A DNA stretch of 64,000 nt from Candidatus Marinacidobacterales bacterium (GCA_965226495.1 OZ245365.1:3328001-3392000); one strand, 5' to 3'; numbered from the stretch's first letter, positions 29,451 to 41,102 are shown. The notes: generated from the letters alone by a model not told the origin. Numbers and translations: made by a program.

Positions 29451-29768
29451 ATGAAGGGCACCGTCAATCTTCAACTACAAGATTTTCCCTCTTCTTTGCT
29501 TTCCCGGATCGATCGCTATGCGCAGCTACTCGAGGAGGCCAACCCCGGAGTGAAGTTCACGAGGACGGCTTGCGTAACGAGCCTGCTCTCTCGCTCGTTG
29601 GCCGAGATCGAGGGACAGTCCGCTTGGGGGCGCCGCAAAGTAGACGAGCGTCGCCAGGGACTGCGAGGCCGCGATCGCCGAAAGGATGTCCGGCGCTGGC
29701 GTGACAACCTCATGGAGGACGCCGAGAAGGAGGTTCTCAACGACCTGCGAGATGGAGCTCACCTCTAA
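29451..29768 (+). CDS. small ribbon-helix-helix-like protein with an Arg-rich ERR/DRR tail
   Basis: AAAGGAGG RBS; VNLQLQDFPSSLLSRIDRYA...TRTACVTSLLSRSL has a beta-helix-helix pattern. Confidence 0.6.
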   Translation: MKGTVNLQLQDFPSSLLSRIDRYAQLLEEANPGVKFTRTACVTSLLSRSLAEIEGQSAWGRRKVDERRQGLRGRDRRKDVRRWRDNLMEDAEKEVLNDLRDGAHL

Positions 29769-29783
29769 AAAGAAACCACCGTC

Positions 29784-30251
29784 ATGGAATTCCAACTGCA
29801 ACAATCCATCGAGATCCTGGAGAGGACGGCGAAGACCCTCCGGTCTCTCCTAGAAGGCCTCTCCGACCCTTGGCTTCTCAACAACGAAGGCCCCGAGACT
29901 TTCAGCCCCTTCGACGTGGTGGGCCACTTGATTCATGGCGAAGAGACGGACTGGATCCCTCGCACCAGGATCATCTTGGAGCACGGCGAATCTAGACCCT
30001 TCACTCCGTTCGATCGGTTCGCGTTCTACGAGACGAGCAAGGGCAAGAGCCTTTCCAAGCTGCTGGCAACCTTCCAGAAACTTCGGGAAGAGAACGTCCA
30101 GGCCTTGAAGGGGCTCAAGCTGACCCCGGAACAACTCGATCTCAAGGGCACGCACCCCGAGCTCGGCCAAGTGACGCTGAGGCAGCTACTCGCCACATGG
30201 GCCACGCACGATAAGGAGGCCCATGGTCGGGCGAACCTTCTCCCACTATAA
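29784..30251 (+). pseudogene. DinB-family protein, 3'-truncated
   Basis: DVVGHLIHGEETDW...HPELGQVTLRQLLATWATHD, then an abrupt switch into the RBS and start of the kinase gene; the usual C-terminal helix is absent. Confidence 0.65.
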
Positions 30252-33200
30252 GATTCTCGACGAAATCAGCCGTGGCGGCATGGGCATCGTGTACCGCGCC
30301 GTCGACACCAAGCTGAACCGCGAGGTAGCCTTCAAGGTCTTACCCGCCGAACTCATCTCGGACCCCGAGCGCAAACGCCGGTTCCTCCAAGAAGCGCAAG
30401 CGGCCGCGTCGATCGAGCATCCCCATATCGCCACCATCTACGAAGTCGACGAAGCCGAGGGCGTCACCTTCATGGTCATGGAGCTCATCGGTGGCGACAA
30501 GCTCAAAGACGTCATAGAGCGCGGAAAGTTGTCGCTTGCACGCGTGCTCGATTTAACCGTCGAAGTGGCGGAGGGCCTGGCGCGAGCCCACGACAAGGGC
30601 ATCGTCCACCGCGATCTCAAGCCCGCGAACATCATGCTTACCGAGGATGGGCACGCCAAGATCATCGACTTCGGCCTAGCGAAGCTCGTCGAGCCGCTCG
30701 GAGGCGACGACGAGGACGCTCAGACCGCGCTTCGTAAGGAGACCGATCCTGGAATCATCATGGGAACCGTCTCCTACATGTCACCGGAGCAGGCCCGCGG
30801 CGCTAAGGTGGACCACCGGAGCGACATCTTTGCGTTCGGCATCGTTCTCTACGAAATGCTGGCGGGGAAGCCGCCCTTCCGAGGCGCGAGCGGGACCGAG
30901 ACGCTGAGCTCTATTCTGCGCGACCCCGCCCCTCCCCTTCCCACGCAGGGCCCCGAGATGACTGCCGAGCTCGCGGGCGATCTCCAGCGGCTCACCGAAA
31001 AGTGCTTGGCGAAGGAACCCAACGAACGTTACCAAGGAATGAAAGATGTCGCGGTCGATCTCCGCACCGCCCGGCGACGACTCGAGTCCGGCGCGGTTTC
31101 GGGCGCCGTTTCCGCTGGCCTAAGCGGACCGGTGGCGGCGCTGGCACCGAGCAAGCGATGGCGGTGGCTTGGCGCAGTCGCTGCGGTCGGGTTACTCGTC
31201 GCGGCGTGGGCACTCTTCCTCCGACCCTCCTCCCGTGCGCCTGCCGCCGTTAGCTCGGAGAAACCGTCCGTGGCGGTTCTTTACTTCGAGAACAATACCG
31301 GAGATCCGTCTCTCGACTGGCTTCGCACGGCGCTGACTAACATGCTCGTCACCGACCTCGCTCAATCGCCGGACGTCGAAGTTCTCGGCACTGACAGCCT
31401 TTATCAAATACTGGAAGAAATGAACCGCTTGGACGATCGCGTGACCTCACTCGAAGTGGTGCAAGAAGTCGCCGAACGGGCGGGTGTCAGCACGGTACTA
31501 CTCGGCAACTTCGTCAAGGCGGGCGAGACCATCCGCATCAACGTCCGGCTTCAAGAGGCGAAGAGCGGCAAGGTGATCACGTCGGAAAAGGTCGAAGGTG
31601 TGGGCGAAGACAGCATCTTCCCGATGGTCGACGACCTCACGCGCCGCATGAAGAGCAAGTTCGACATCCCGCGAACCGCCGACACGGGCTCGGACCAGAA
31701 CGTGGCTGACGTCACGACGTCATCGGTGGAGGCGCTTCGCTATTACGTGGAAGGCATAAATCTCCACGATCGCTACAAAGAGGAAGAGACCTTGCCGCTT
31801 CTCGAGAAAGCTGTCGAGCTCGATCCGGAGTTCGCGATGGCGCTGGCGAAGCTCGCGGTCGTGCACTCGAACCTCGGCCATCCGACGGAGGGCGAGGAGT
31901 ACGCACAAAGGGCCCTAGAACATCTCGATCGGCTCAGCGCCCGCGAACGATACTACATCGAAGGCTTCTTCAACGATTTGAAGAGGGCGACGCGAGCAAA
32001 GGCGGTCGACGCCTACCGGAAGGCTATCGAGCTCTACCCGGACCACAACGCCGCGCGGCACAACTTGGCCGGCATTTACTCAAACCTCGAGCGCTTTGAC
32101 GAAGCCATCGAGCAACTCGAGGAGCTCCGGCGCCGGGGAGAAACGTTTCCACTAACTTTCTCCAACCTCGCTTACAACTACTCCTCCCTCGGCGAGCTCG
32201 AAAAGGGCCACGGAGCCCTACAGGAACTTCTCAGGCAAACTCCGAATAGCGCGGTCGAGTACTGGGAACTCGGGAACCACCTTACGCGGTCGGGGAGGCT
32301 CGACGAGGCGCTCGAGGCGTTGGATAGGGCGGAATCGCTGAGCCCGAGCTCCCTTCGACCCACCGAATACCGCCAGAACGTCTACTTGCTTCGCGAGCAG
32401 TGGGATGAGGCGCAACAGGCTAGCGAAAAGATGGCGGCGTCGAGCGATCCCTTCTGGCAATGGATGGGAACGGTGACCGAGGCGACCAACAGCCTGTACC
32501 GAGGGAATTCCCGTCAGGCACTCGCTCAGAACGACCAGGCAACGCGTATCTACTCGGAGCCCGCGCCCTTCAGCGCGAGCGCCCGTAACTTCGCCGCCCA
32601 GATTCTCATCGACAAGGAGATACGACTCGTGCCCTCTACGAGACGCAAATGGCCGCGCGCGAAGGGCAAGGCCGCGGCTCCGAATGGGTGGCGGTGTTCT
32701 TGACCGCGGTCGCCCAGGCGAGAGGCGGCCAATTGGGAAAGGCGGACGCGACGCGGCAGAAGCTCGCGGAGATGGCGGAAGGGTTACCGTTCGACATCGA
32801 AGAGGAAAGACGCCTCCATCAGGTCGACGCCGAGATCGCTCTCGCCCGCGGGGACACGAAGTTAGCCGTGGTGGAGCTGGAACGAGCTGCGTCGAACCTT
32901 CCCGCGCGCGGATTTGGCGGCAGCCAACACGTCCCTATTTGGGACTCCTTGGCATCCGCCCAGCTCACGGCGGGCAACGAGAACAAAGCGGCCGATTGGT
33001 ATCAGAAGATTGTGGACAGCAGCACGGAGCGCATGACCTGGCCCATCTACTACGTCCGAAGCTTCTACTTCCTCGGAAAGATTCATGAAAACCGTGGCGA
33101 AATGGACAAAGCCCGCGAGTACTACCAGCGCTTCCTGGACTTCTGGGAAGACGGAGACATGGATCGCGAGCATGTCAAGGAAGCGCTGAGCAAGATCTGA
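30223..33200 (+). pseudogene. Hanks-type Ser/Thr kinase - TM - TolB-N-like - TPR protein, frameshifted at about 32616
   Basis: VAFK, HRDLKPAN, DFG, YMSPEQ, a TM segment, SVAVLYFEN and TPRs. Restoring one G in GACAAGGAGAT gives DKGDTTRALYETQMAAREG and joins ORF 32649-33200. May be a sequencing error. Confidence 0.8.
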
Positions 33201-33201
33201 C

Positions 33202-34254
33202 GTGAGAACTTTCGCCGCTGTCGGCGTGGTCGCATCGATTTACGCCTCTGCAAGCCAGCCTCTCCCAACGGTCGTCATCCTCTCGACGGGCGGTACCATC
33301 GCGAGTCGCTACGATCCCGACAAAGGGGGCCTGGTTCCGGCGTTGAGTGGGAGCGAACTCGTCGAGGCGGTGCCCGAGCTCGCCGCGGTCGCGCACGTCC
33401 AGGTCGAACAGATTTCCAATATCGGTAGCGCCGATATGACCCCCGAAATCTGGTTGAAGCTGGCGCGTAGGGCGAACGAAGTCCTATCCGGCGACGATGT
33501 CACCGGGGTCGTCGTGACGCACGGCACCGACACACTGGAAGAAACCGCCTACTTCCTCGACCTCACCGTGACGAGCTCCAAACCCGCCATCATGGTCGGA
33601 AGCCAGCGTGCAGCGTCTTATCCGGATACCGACGGCCCACGCAATCTACTGAACGCCGTTCGGGTGGCCGTCTCGCCGGAAGCGGTCGACATGGGAACCC
33701 TGGTGGTCATGAACGGGCAAATCAACGCAGCCCGAGAGGTGACGAAGACCAACACCATCGCCCGAGAGACTTTTCGGACGCTGGAGTTTGGTGCCCTCGG
33801 AGTCGCCAACTTAGGAGGGGTGCGTTTCTATAGAGCACCTTTGCGGCGTCAAACGATTCCCCTGGACGCCGACGCGCGCTTGGGTCGCGTGGAGATCGTC
33901 CCCCACTACGCAGGTGCCGATGGCCGACTCGTCCGCGCCTTATTGAACGATGACGAGCCACCTCCGTTGGCCGGACTCGTCATCGCAGCGACGGGGCTGG
34001 GCCACGTCAGCGCCTCGATGCATGACGCGATACAGGAAGCGCGCGAACGCGACATCCCCGTCGTTATTAGCACGCGGGTTTACACGGGGCGATTGATGCC
34101 CCTCTATGCGGGAAAGGGCAAGGGTGTTGATCTTCGCGAGCTCGGCTGCGTCCTCGCGGATAACCTCAGTCCTCAGAAAGCTCGGATTTTGTTGATGGTC
34201 GCTCTGACCAAGACCACCGACCGCGACGAGCTTCAGCGCGTTTTTGATTCGTGA
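33202..34254 (+). CDS. L-asparaginase (type II-like)
   Basis: STGGTIAS, THGTDTLEET, DGPRNL and LSPQKARILL. Confidence 0.95.
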   Translation: MRTFAAVGVVASIYASASQPLPTVVILSTGGTIASRYDPDKGGLVPALSGSELVEAVPELAAVAHVQVEQISNIGSADMTPEIWLKLARRANEVLSGDDVTGVVVTHGTDTLEETAYFLDLTVTSSKPAIMVGSQRAASYPDTDGPRNLLNAVRVAVSPEAVDMGTLVVMNGQINAAREVTKTNTIARETFRTLEFGALGVANLGGVRFYRAPLRRQTIPLDADARLGRVEIVPHYAGADGRLVRALLNDDEPPPLAGLVIAATGLGHVSASMHDAIQEARERDIPVVISTRVYTGRLMPLYAGKGKGVDLRELGCVLADNLSPQKARILLMVALTKTTDRDELQRVFDS

Positions 34255-34367
34255 ATGTAGTCAGACGCCTGACAACGAGAAGAATCCAATTCGAACGCGA
34301 CCTTCGGCAGGCAACCATTGACTTTTCAGGGTGCGAGACCGTATTTTGCACGTCGAGGAGAACCCTA

Positions 34368-34943
34368 ATGAGGTCTTCCCTTTTCGGAACCATCGACGAG
34401 ACGTTCGATGCGGCTATCTTCATCGGGTATCACTCGAGCGCATCGAACCCCAAAGGGGTCGCCGCGCACACGTACACTGGCGTTTGGACCGACGTAAAGT
34501 TAAACGGGGTCTCCGTTCCGGAGGCGGCTCTCAACGCCGCCATCGCGGGTCACTTCGGCGTACCGGTGGCGATGATTTCTGGAGACGACGCCATCATCGA
34601 TGAAGCTCGCTCGCTTCTCAGGGACGTCGAAGGCGCGATCGTGAAGTGGAATTACGGTGAGAGTGCGGCTCGCACGCTGATGCCCGAAGCCGCCTTCAAG
34701 CTCATCCGAGAGAAGGTCGAGAGAGCGCTCGGCCGGATGGGAGACTTCGAACCGTACGTGCTCGAAAAACCCGTGCGCGTCGACATGAGTTTTTCGACCG
34801 CGCTCCCTGCAGAGACACTCGCCTTCCTTCCCTCTATCGAGCGAACCGGCTCCCACAGCATCCGTTTCATCACCGAAGATATGTTCGCCGTCTCCAAATT
34901 TTTAGAGTTCGTGTCGCTTTACCGCCCCGAGTCGGCGTCCTAA
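34368..34943 (+). pseudogene. D-aminopeptidase DppA (M55) lacking its N-terminal metal-binding part
   Basis: GAGGAG RBS and MRSSLFG join directly to TIDETFDAAIFIGYH...AHT...SGDD; the N-terminal D-x-E and DSH Zn-ligand segment is missing. Confidence 0.75.
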
Positions 34944-34986
34944 ATACCAAGAAATAGAAGGACTTCCACGTTCCCGTCATGTTCTT

Positions 34987-35011
34987 GGAACAATGCTTCG
35001 CGACTCGACGT
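34987..35011 (+). promoter_or_regulatory. possible ECF sigma promoter
   Basis: GGAAC-N17-CGT ending 43 nt upstream of the ADOP start. Confidence 0.35.
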
Positions 35012-35054
35012 ATCAGATCTCAAGCTATGAGAATGCCGAGGAAGGAAAGACAAA

Positions 35055-37517
35055 ATGATTGACGGGCTCCTCCAAGATTCTCGTTACGCGTTTCGCACCT
35101 TGGCGAGCAGCCCGGGTTTCGTGGCGGTGGCCGTTTTGTCCCTCGCCCTCGGCATCGGTGCCAATACCGCCATCTTCAGCATCGTCAACGGAGTCCTGTT
35201 TAAGCCGATGCCGGTCCACAGTCCGGACGAGCTGGTCGCCGTCTATGCCACGACTCCTCGTTTGAACGTTCCGAGCCAGTTCTCCTACCTGGATTACTTG
35301 GACTATCGTGAGCAGAACGATGTCTTCACCGATATCTTCGCGCACTTTGGGGTTCCTCTGAATCTTGCGGACGGTGACCAACCAGAGATGGTTTGGGGAG
35401 AGATAGTGACCGGGAATTATTTCACCGGGCTGGGGGCGGACCCCGTCGTGGGTCGCACTCTTATCCCCGAAGACGATACGACACCGGGTGCCCACCCTGT
35501 CGCCGTCCTTCGACACGGCTACTGGGAGCGCCGCTTCGGCGCCGATCCATCTGTCGTTGGCCGAACCGTCAAGCTGAACGGACGCGAGTTCACGGTGGTG
35601 GGTGTTGCGCCCAAAGGATTCACCGGCACGAAGTTTCTCGGCTACACCCCCGATCTCTGGGTCCCCTTGATGATGCACGCGCAAGTATGGCCGGGAAGCG
35701 AAGGCCAGCTCGACATGCGAGACGCCAACTGGCTCCAGTTTCGGGCTCGGCTGAAGCCGGGCGTGACGCTTGGGCAGGCGGAGACGGCAATGAACACGAT
35801 CGCCAAACGCCTGGAAGCTACCTATCCGGAGACCAACCGCGAGTTCCAAATGCATGTCATCCCCGGCAGTACGAAGACCGAGCCGTTTATAGAACACAAG
35901 GGGGTCATGCCCATCGCGTCTGCGGTTCTCATGGGGGTGGTCGGGCTGGTCCTGCTGGTTGCTTGCGCGAACCTGGCGAACCTTCTGCTCGCACGCGCGC
36001 TCTCGCGAAGCAAAGAAATCGCCGTCCGCCTGGCCATGGGCGCGGGCCGGCTGCGTCTCGTTCGGCAGCTCCTTATCGAAAGTCTACTGCTCTCGCTGCT
36101 CGGCGGATCGGTGGGACTCCTTTTGGGACTTTGGTTTCTGGATGTCATGGCGTTTCAGCCTATCCTGGATTTCCCGATCGACTACGATCTGAGTCTCGAC
36201 GGACGCGTCCTCACGTTCAGCATCCTCTTGTCCCTAGCGACGGGAGTCTTTTTCGGCTTGACGCCGGCACTTCATGCATCGAGACCGAACCTCATCCCCA
36301 TTCTTCGCGGCGACAGCGGCTCACCGAGACCAACCGGCGGTCGGTTCTCCGGCCGAAACCTTCTCGTCGTATTGCAGGTCGCGGTGTCGCTGGTGTTGCT
36401 GATCGCAGCGGGCCTCTTCCTGCGAAGTTTCGAGAACGCGAGAGCTCTCGATCCAGGCTTCGACACCGACGAATTCCTACTCCTCTCGGTAAACCTTGGC
36501 CTCCAGGGTTACGAAGAGGCCGAAGGTAGAAGCTTCTACCGGCAAGCCGTCAAGCGCCTCGAATCGGTGCCCGGATTGCGATCCGCGAGTCTCGCGCGCC
36601 CGCTCCCCCTAGACGCGTCTAGCAATGCCACCGATGTGGTCATCGATGAGCTCCAACGTAAGGCCGGCGAAGACGAGTTTCCTGTCTTTTATACTGTCGC
36701 TGGCGCCGCCTATTTCGCAACGATGGGCACCGAGCTTCTCCAGGGACGCGACTTCAATGAGCACGATACCGAGTCGTCGCCCGGCGTGGTGGTCATCAAC
36801 GAGACCATGGCTCGCCGGTTCTGGCCAAGCCAGAATGCCATCGGGAAGCGGTTCCGAGTCGGGGGGGCCGAAGGCAAGCACGTCGAGGTGGTGGGAGTGG
36901 CCAAGGACGGGAAGTACATGACACTAGGCGAGGATCTCCAACCCTTTCTGTTCCTGCCGCTCGAGCAGAACTACTCCTCGCAGATGACGTTCTTGGTGCG
37001 CACCGAAGGCAACCCTCAAGACATTCGGGCGAGCGTCCGGGAGGAAATCCAGGCCCTCGATGCGGATCTGCCGATCTTCGGCATCAAGTCGATGGACGAG
37101 TATATGAGCCGACACTATGCTGGACCGGAGGCGATCGCTTCCCTGGCCGGTGTGTTTGCGTTGGTGGCCTTGCTGCTCGCTTCTTTGGGCATCTACGGCG
37201 TCATAAGCTACGCCGTCGTCCAGAGAACGCAGGAGATTGGAATCCGAATGGCGCTAGGCGCGAGGCAGCGCGACGTGCTCGGCATGGTTGTGAGACAAGG
37301 TCTGATCATCGTTCTCATCGGCATCGTCGTTGGTGCCGCCGCCGCCATGGCCTCGACACGGGCCATGACGAGTCTCCTATACGAAGTGAGCCCGAGCGAT
37401 CCTGGCATCTTCCTCATCGTATGTTCGGTCCTGGCATCGACGGCACTACTCGCTTGTCTCGTGCCCGCTCGCCGCGCCGCGCGCGTCAACCCACTCGTCG
37501 CACTGAAATACGAGTGA
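35055..37517 (+). CDS. ADOP-type (acidobacterial duplicated orphan) MacB/FtsX-like ABC permease
   Basis: LQDSRYAFR..SPGF..VAVLSLALGIGANTAIFS, duplicated MacB/FtsX halves, EIGIRMALGA and PARRAARVNPLVALKYE. Confidence 0.95.
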   Translation: MIDGLLQDSRYAFRTLASSPGFVAVAVLSLALGIGANTAIFSIVNGVLFKPMPVHSPDELVAVYATTPRLNVPSQFSYLDYLDYREQNDVFTDIFAHFGVPLNLADGDQPEMVWGEIVTGNYFTGLGADPVVGRTLIPEDDTTPGAHPVAVLRHGYWERRFGADPSVVGRTVKLNGREFTVVGVAPKGFTGTKFLGYTPDLWVPLMMHAQVWPGSEGQLDMRDANWLQFRARLKPGVTLGQAETAMNTIAKRLEATYPETNREFQMHVIPGSTKTEPFIEHKGVMPIASAVLMGVVGLVLLVACANLANLLLARALSRSKEIAVRLAMGAGRLRLVRQLLIESLLLSLLGGSVGLLLGLWFLDVMAFQPILDFPIDYDLSLDGRVLTFSILLSLATGVFFGLTPALHASRPNLIPILRGDSGSPRPTGGRFSGRNLLVVLQVAVSLVLLIAAGLFLRSFENARALDPGFDTDEFLLLSVNLGLQGYEEAEGRSFYRQAVKRLESVPGLRSASLARPLPLDASSNATDVVIDELQRKAGEDEFPVFYTVAGAAYFATMGTELLQGRDFNEHDTESSPGVVVINETMARRFWPSQNAIGKRFRVGGAEGKHVEVVGVAKDGKYMTLGEDLQPFLFLPLEQNYSSQMTFLVRTEGNPQDIRASVREEIQALDADLPIFGIKSMDEYMSRHYAGPEAIASLAGVFALVALLLASLGIYGVISYAVVQRTQEIGIRMALGARQRDVLGMVVRQGLIIVLIGIVVGAAAAMASTRAMTSLLYEVSPSDPGIFLIVCSVLASTALLACLVPARRAARVNPLVALKYE

Positions 37518-37620
37518 GCCCGCGCTCGCGAACCTACTCCCACCCCGAACTTGCCTCCACAATGGGCTCTCCAGTACCATGTGTTGACCGCAAAAAAACC
37601 TCATGAATAAAAGGGGCTCG

Positions 37621-39378
37621 ATGGACTTCCGCGCCGGAGCGCTCTTGCGTCTAGCCTTCATCGTCACCTTGGCCTCGATGGTCTCGTGCGTGAAGGAGGA
37701 AGTGCTTCCCGAGAAACCCGCCGACCTCATTTTGACTAACGGTAGAGTCTACACGTTTACGTGGGACGATCCCGGGCGGGATGGAGTGCCGGCCAAGAAC
37801 GCGCCCCACACAGACGCAGGATGGCAGCCGGACGCTGAAGCCATTGCGGTTAAAGACGGCCGCATCCTCCATGTAGGAACAAACGCGGAGGTCCAAGCTT
37901 TCCGAATCGACAAGACGCGGGTGATCGATCTCTACGACGCCACGGCCCTACCCGGGCTCGTCGACGCTCACACACACGTCGCCGAGATGGGTGCCGGCTT
38001 GGAGCAAGTCCGCTTGACGGACTTGGCCACGGAAGAAGCGATGGTCGCCAAGGTGGCCGAACACGCCAGCAAGATTACCCCGGGCCAATGGGTCCTCGGC
38101 TATGGCTGGGACGAAGGCGCGCGGGCGGACGACTACCCGACGATGACTTATCTAAGTAGCCGTGTCCCGAACCATCCGGTCTACCTCAAAGGACTCCACG
38201 GGTTCGCGGTATGGGGCAACCGGCTGGCCTTTCAGAGAGCCGGGATCACGAGCGAGACCGTGGCGCCCGAGGGAGGAGAGATCCTCAAGGACATCAACGG
38301 TGACCCGACCGGCGTGCTATTGAATCGGGCCGGTGCGTTGTTGGAAAACGCGATCCCGGACCCGACACAAGAACCGCTCGAAGCGCGGATTCTCTCCGGG
38401 CTCGAGCGCATGGCGTCCTCCGGCTTCGTCATGGTGCATGAGGCTGGAACCGATAGAGCTACGATGGCTGCCTTCGAGAACCTCGCCAGGCGATACCAGC
38501 TTCCGATTCGAGTTTCGGCGATGGTCTCCAGTCGGGACCAGGAGCTCCTGGACGCGTGGCTGAAGCGAGGCCCGGTGACGCTAGGGGGCGAAAAGTTTTT
38601 CGTGCGATCGGTCAAGGGATACTACGATGGGGCGCTCGGCTCCCGTGGCGCTCTTCTCCTCGAGGGATACTCCGACCAACCGAACCACCAAGGAATTGGA
38701 GGCGCGGGTTACGGCTTCGACGAAACGATGATGGCCTCGGTAATGCGGGCCGGCTTCCAACTCGCCATCCACGCCATCGGTGATGCGGGGAACTGTGAAA
38801 CGCTTAACTTCCTCGAGTGGGCGCTCGAGGAGAATCCCAGAGCGAAAGAGCTCAGGCATCGTATCGAGCACGCCCAAGTGATCCAGCCGGACGACTTCCA
38901 CCGGTTCGCGGAGCTCGGAGTCACCGCCTCGATGCAACCACCCCACGCCGTCGAAGATAAAAGCTGGGCCGAGGATCGACTCGGTCCCGAGCGTATCGAA
39001 GGTGCATACGCCTGGAGAACGCTACGGCAATCTGGTGTGTCGCTGGTGCTGAGCTCCGATCTGCCAGGTTCCGATCACAATATTTTCTATGGTCTCCACG
39101 CAGCCATCACGCGACAGGACAAGAAACTCAGGCCACCCGAAGGGTGGTACGTCGAGCAACGGCTCACTCCCGAGGAGGCCCTGCGCGGTTACACGAGCTG
39201 GGCCGCTCACTCCGCTCTTCTCGAGCTGACGACCGGAACACTCGCCCTCGGCAACTGGGCCGATATCACGGTCATGGACATCGACCCTCTCGTCGTCGGC
39301 TCGAAAGAACCGGAGAAACTCCTCGGCGGCGAGATTCTGATCACGATCGTCGGCGGCCAGCCCGCCTTCATGCGCTGA
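37621..39378 (+). CDS. YtcJ-like amidohydrolase (Amidohydro_3), probable lipoprotein
   Basis: Lipobox-like MVSC, PGLVDAHTH, IHAIGD, RIEHAQ and LSSD; start at 37603 or 37621. Confidence 0.9.
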   Translation: MDFRAGALLRLAFIVTLASMVSCVKEEVLPEKPADLILTNGRVYTFTWDDPGRDGVPAKNAPHTDAGWQPDAEAIAVKDGRILHVGTNAEVQAFRIDKTRVIDLYDATALPGLVDAHTHVAEMGAGLEQVRLTDLATEEAMVAKVAEHASKITPGQWVLGYGWDEGARADDYPTMTYLSSRVPNHPVYLKGLHGFAVWGNRLAFQRAGITSETVAPEGGEILKDINGDPTGVLLNRAGALLENAIPDPTQEPLEARILSGLERMASSGFVMVHEAGTDRATMAAFENLARRYQLPIRVSAMVSSRDQELLDAWLKRGPVTLGGEKFFVRSVKGYYDGALGSRGALLLEGYSDQPNHQGIGGAGYGFDETMMASVMRAGFQLAIHAIGDAGNCETLNFLEWALEENPRAKELRHRIEHAQVIQPDDFHRFAELGVTASMQPPHAVEDKSWAEDRLGPERIEGAYAWRTLRQSGVSLVLSSDLPGSDHNIFYGLHAAITRQDKKLRPPEGWYVEQRLTPEEALRGYTSWAAHSALLELTTGTLALGNWADITVMDIDPLVVGSKEPEKLLGGEILITIVGGQPAFMR

Positions 39379-39393
39379 CCGCTCCCGCCAGTC

Positions 39394-40080
39394 TCACTCC
39401 TCTTTCGGTTGAGCTGACCGTGATGACCGCGCGGAAGTTTTCGTCCAATAGAAGTACGCGGGCACGCCGATGAACATGATTCCGATCCAGAAAAGTGAAT
39501 CTCTCGGGTTGGAGATCAACGTCTCGAGCAAGAGCGCCGATGCAAACGTGGCGAACAATATCGGGATGTAGGGATAGCCGATCACACGGTACGGTCGGGG
39601 GCGGTCCGGCTCCTTCGACCTTAAGACGATGACCGAGTAAGACATCGCGGGGGGAGAAACCTCCCCGGCTCTTTGACCTCGCCCCCAACGAACGTGATGC
39701 TGATCCACCCGTCGTACGCCCAAAGCGCGGCGATCATCGCCGCCCCGAAACCGGCGATGGCTCCCACTGGGACATCGCGTTCTGGGAGAAACTGTTTGAA
39801 CGCCGCGACCCCCTCACCCCCGTACAGAAAACAAAGAACGATGATTGGCCTTTTCGAGATAGACGTACTCCCCGCCGGCGCGCGGGTAGAGAACCGCTAG
39901 CTCGGCGAAGGTCACGGCGCCACACCAAGAAAACAGGCCCGCCAAGATCCAGACGAACCCTGCTAGGAAGGGAGTGCCCACCCCGGCAAGAACGTTTGCG
40001 TGGACGATGAAGGCCGCCGAGGCCAGAGTGGTGCCGACGTTGATGAGGAGCGCGTCGAAGAGGTTGAGCTCCCGTCGCAA
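39394..40080 (-). pseudogene. APC-family amino acid permease with two large internal deletions
   Basis: Three pieces in different frames: LRRELNLFD...[23 protein letters not shown]...GGEVKEP and [18 protein letters not shown]. About 230 codons, roughly half a normal APC permease. Confidence 0.85.
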
Positions 40081-40132
40081 GCCAGCGTCAGCGGGCAGAT
40101 GATAGGTTGGGTCTAGACTCGACCGGCTTTAG

Positions 40133-41032
40133 TTACTCAACATCGCGCAACACAGGACGGGTCAAACAGGTGGGACCGCCTCCTCCGTTTTGGCTGATTT
40201 CCGTGCCGTAGAATGTCCTGACGTCGAACCCTTCCTGACGCAACCGAAGATTCGTCTTCTCGTTTTCTTCGAGTGCGAGGAGTTTTCGCTCACCCAGAGC
40301 GAGGACATTACAAGCCATGGTCTCCCGCTCCGACGGATAGATCTCGATCAGCTTGAAATCCAGGTGACGTAAGAGCTGTACGGTCTGGACCGTAAGCCAA
40401 GGAAGATCAACGAGGGCCGTTCGCTCGTCGACGATGCTGATGAGAGACATGAGATGGAGACAAACCGACGGACCGGGACCGTGAGGAAGCGGTGCCACGA
40501 AGACATCCACTCCCTGCGGCTCAAAGAACGCACGTAGCTGATCGACACCCGCATCGTTTGTGCGGTAGCTATGCCCAACGAGTAACGTGTAGGCATCCAG
40601 CCAAACGATGTCTCCCGATTCCGCTGTTCCCGGGGAGCGGATTTCCCCCAGCATCGGAATTCCTTGCGATTCATAGAACTCGCTGTGAAGAACGGGCTCT
40701 CCACGCCGCGCCGGCTTGCCCATGTGCATACCGAGCGCACCGAAGTCGGTGATGAGAGAAGCATCGTGGACGTACACCGCGTCCAGCGATAGGTCCTCTC
40801 CGGGCGGAAGCAGCAGCACCTCCGCACCAGCAGCCTCCAGCTCCCGCCGCAACTCGGCGTGCTGAGCCTCAGCGGTCGTGAAGTCGGGCTCGCGATAGTA
40901 GCTCAACTCCCGCCACCGGCTCGTCTGCTCGGCATCCATCCATCCCGCGGCCTTGGGGGGACAGATCATCACGCGACGAAGAGCACCGACCATCGAATGG
41001 CCCCCGTAGTTTTTTCCCCCGTTTCCGGTCAA
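40133..41032 (-). CDS. dimethylarginine dimethylaminohydrolase / amidinotransferase-fold enzyme
   Basis: DAVYVHD, RRGE, ESGD, RTN, LHLMS and GGGPTCLT (Cys-His-Asp triad). Confidence 0.9.
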   Translation of the reverse strand: MTGNGGKNYGGHSMVGALRRVMICPPKAAGWMDAEQTSRWRELSYYREPDFTTAEAQHAELRRELEAAGAEVLLLPPGEDLSLDAVYVHDASLITDFGALGMHMGKPARRGEPVLHSEFYESQGIPMLGEIRSPGTAESGDIVWLDAYTLLVGHSYRTNDAGVDQLRAFFEPQGVDVFVAPLPHGPGPSVCLHLMSLISIVDERTALVDLPWLTVQTVQLLRHLDFKLIEIYPSERETMACNVLALGERKLLALEENEKTNLRLRQEGFDVRTFYGTEISQNGGGGPTCLTRPVLRDVE

Positions 41033-41102
41033 GTCATTACCTTGTTACAAATGAGGGTCGCGAAAACGCGGGCCGCTAGCAGGAGTTCGGGCTCGGCTCG
41101 TC

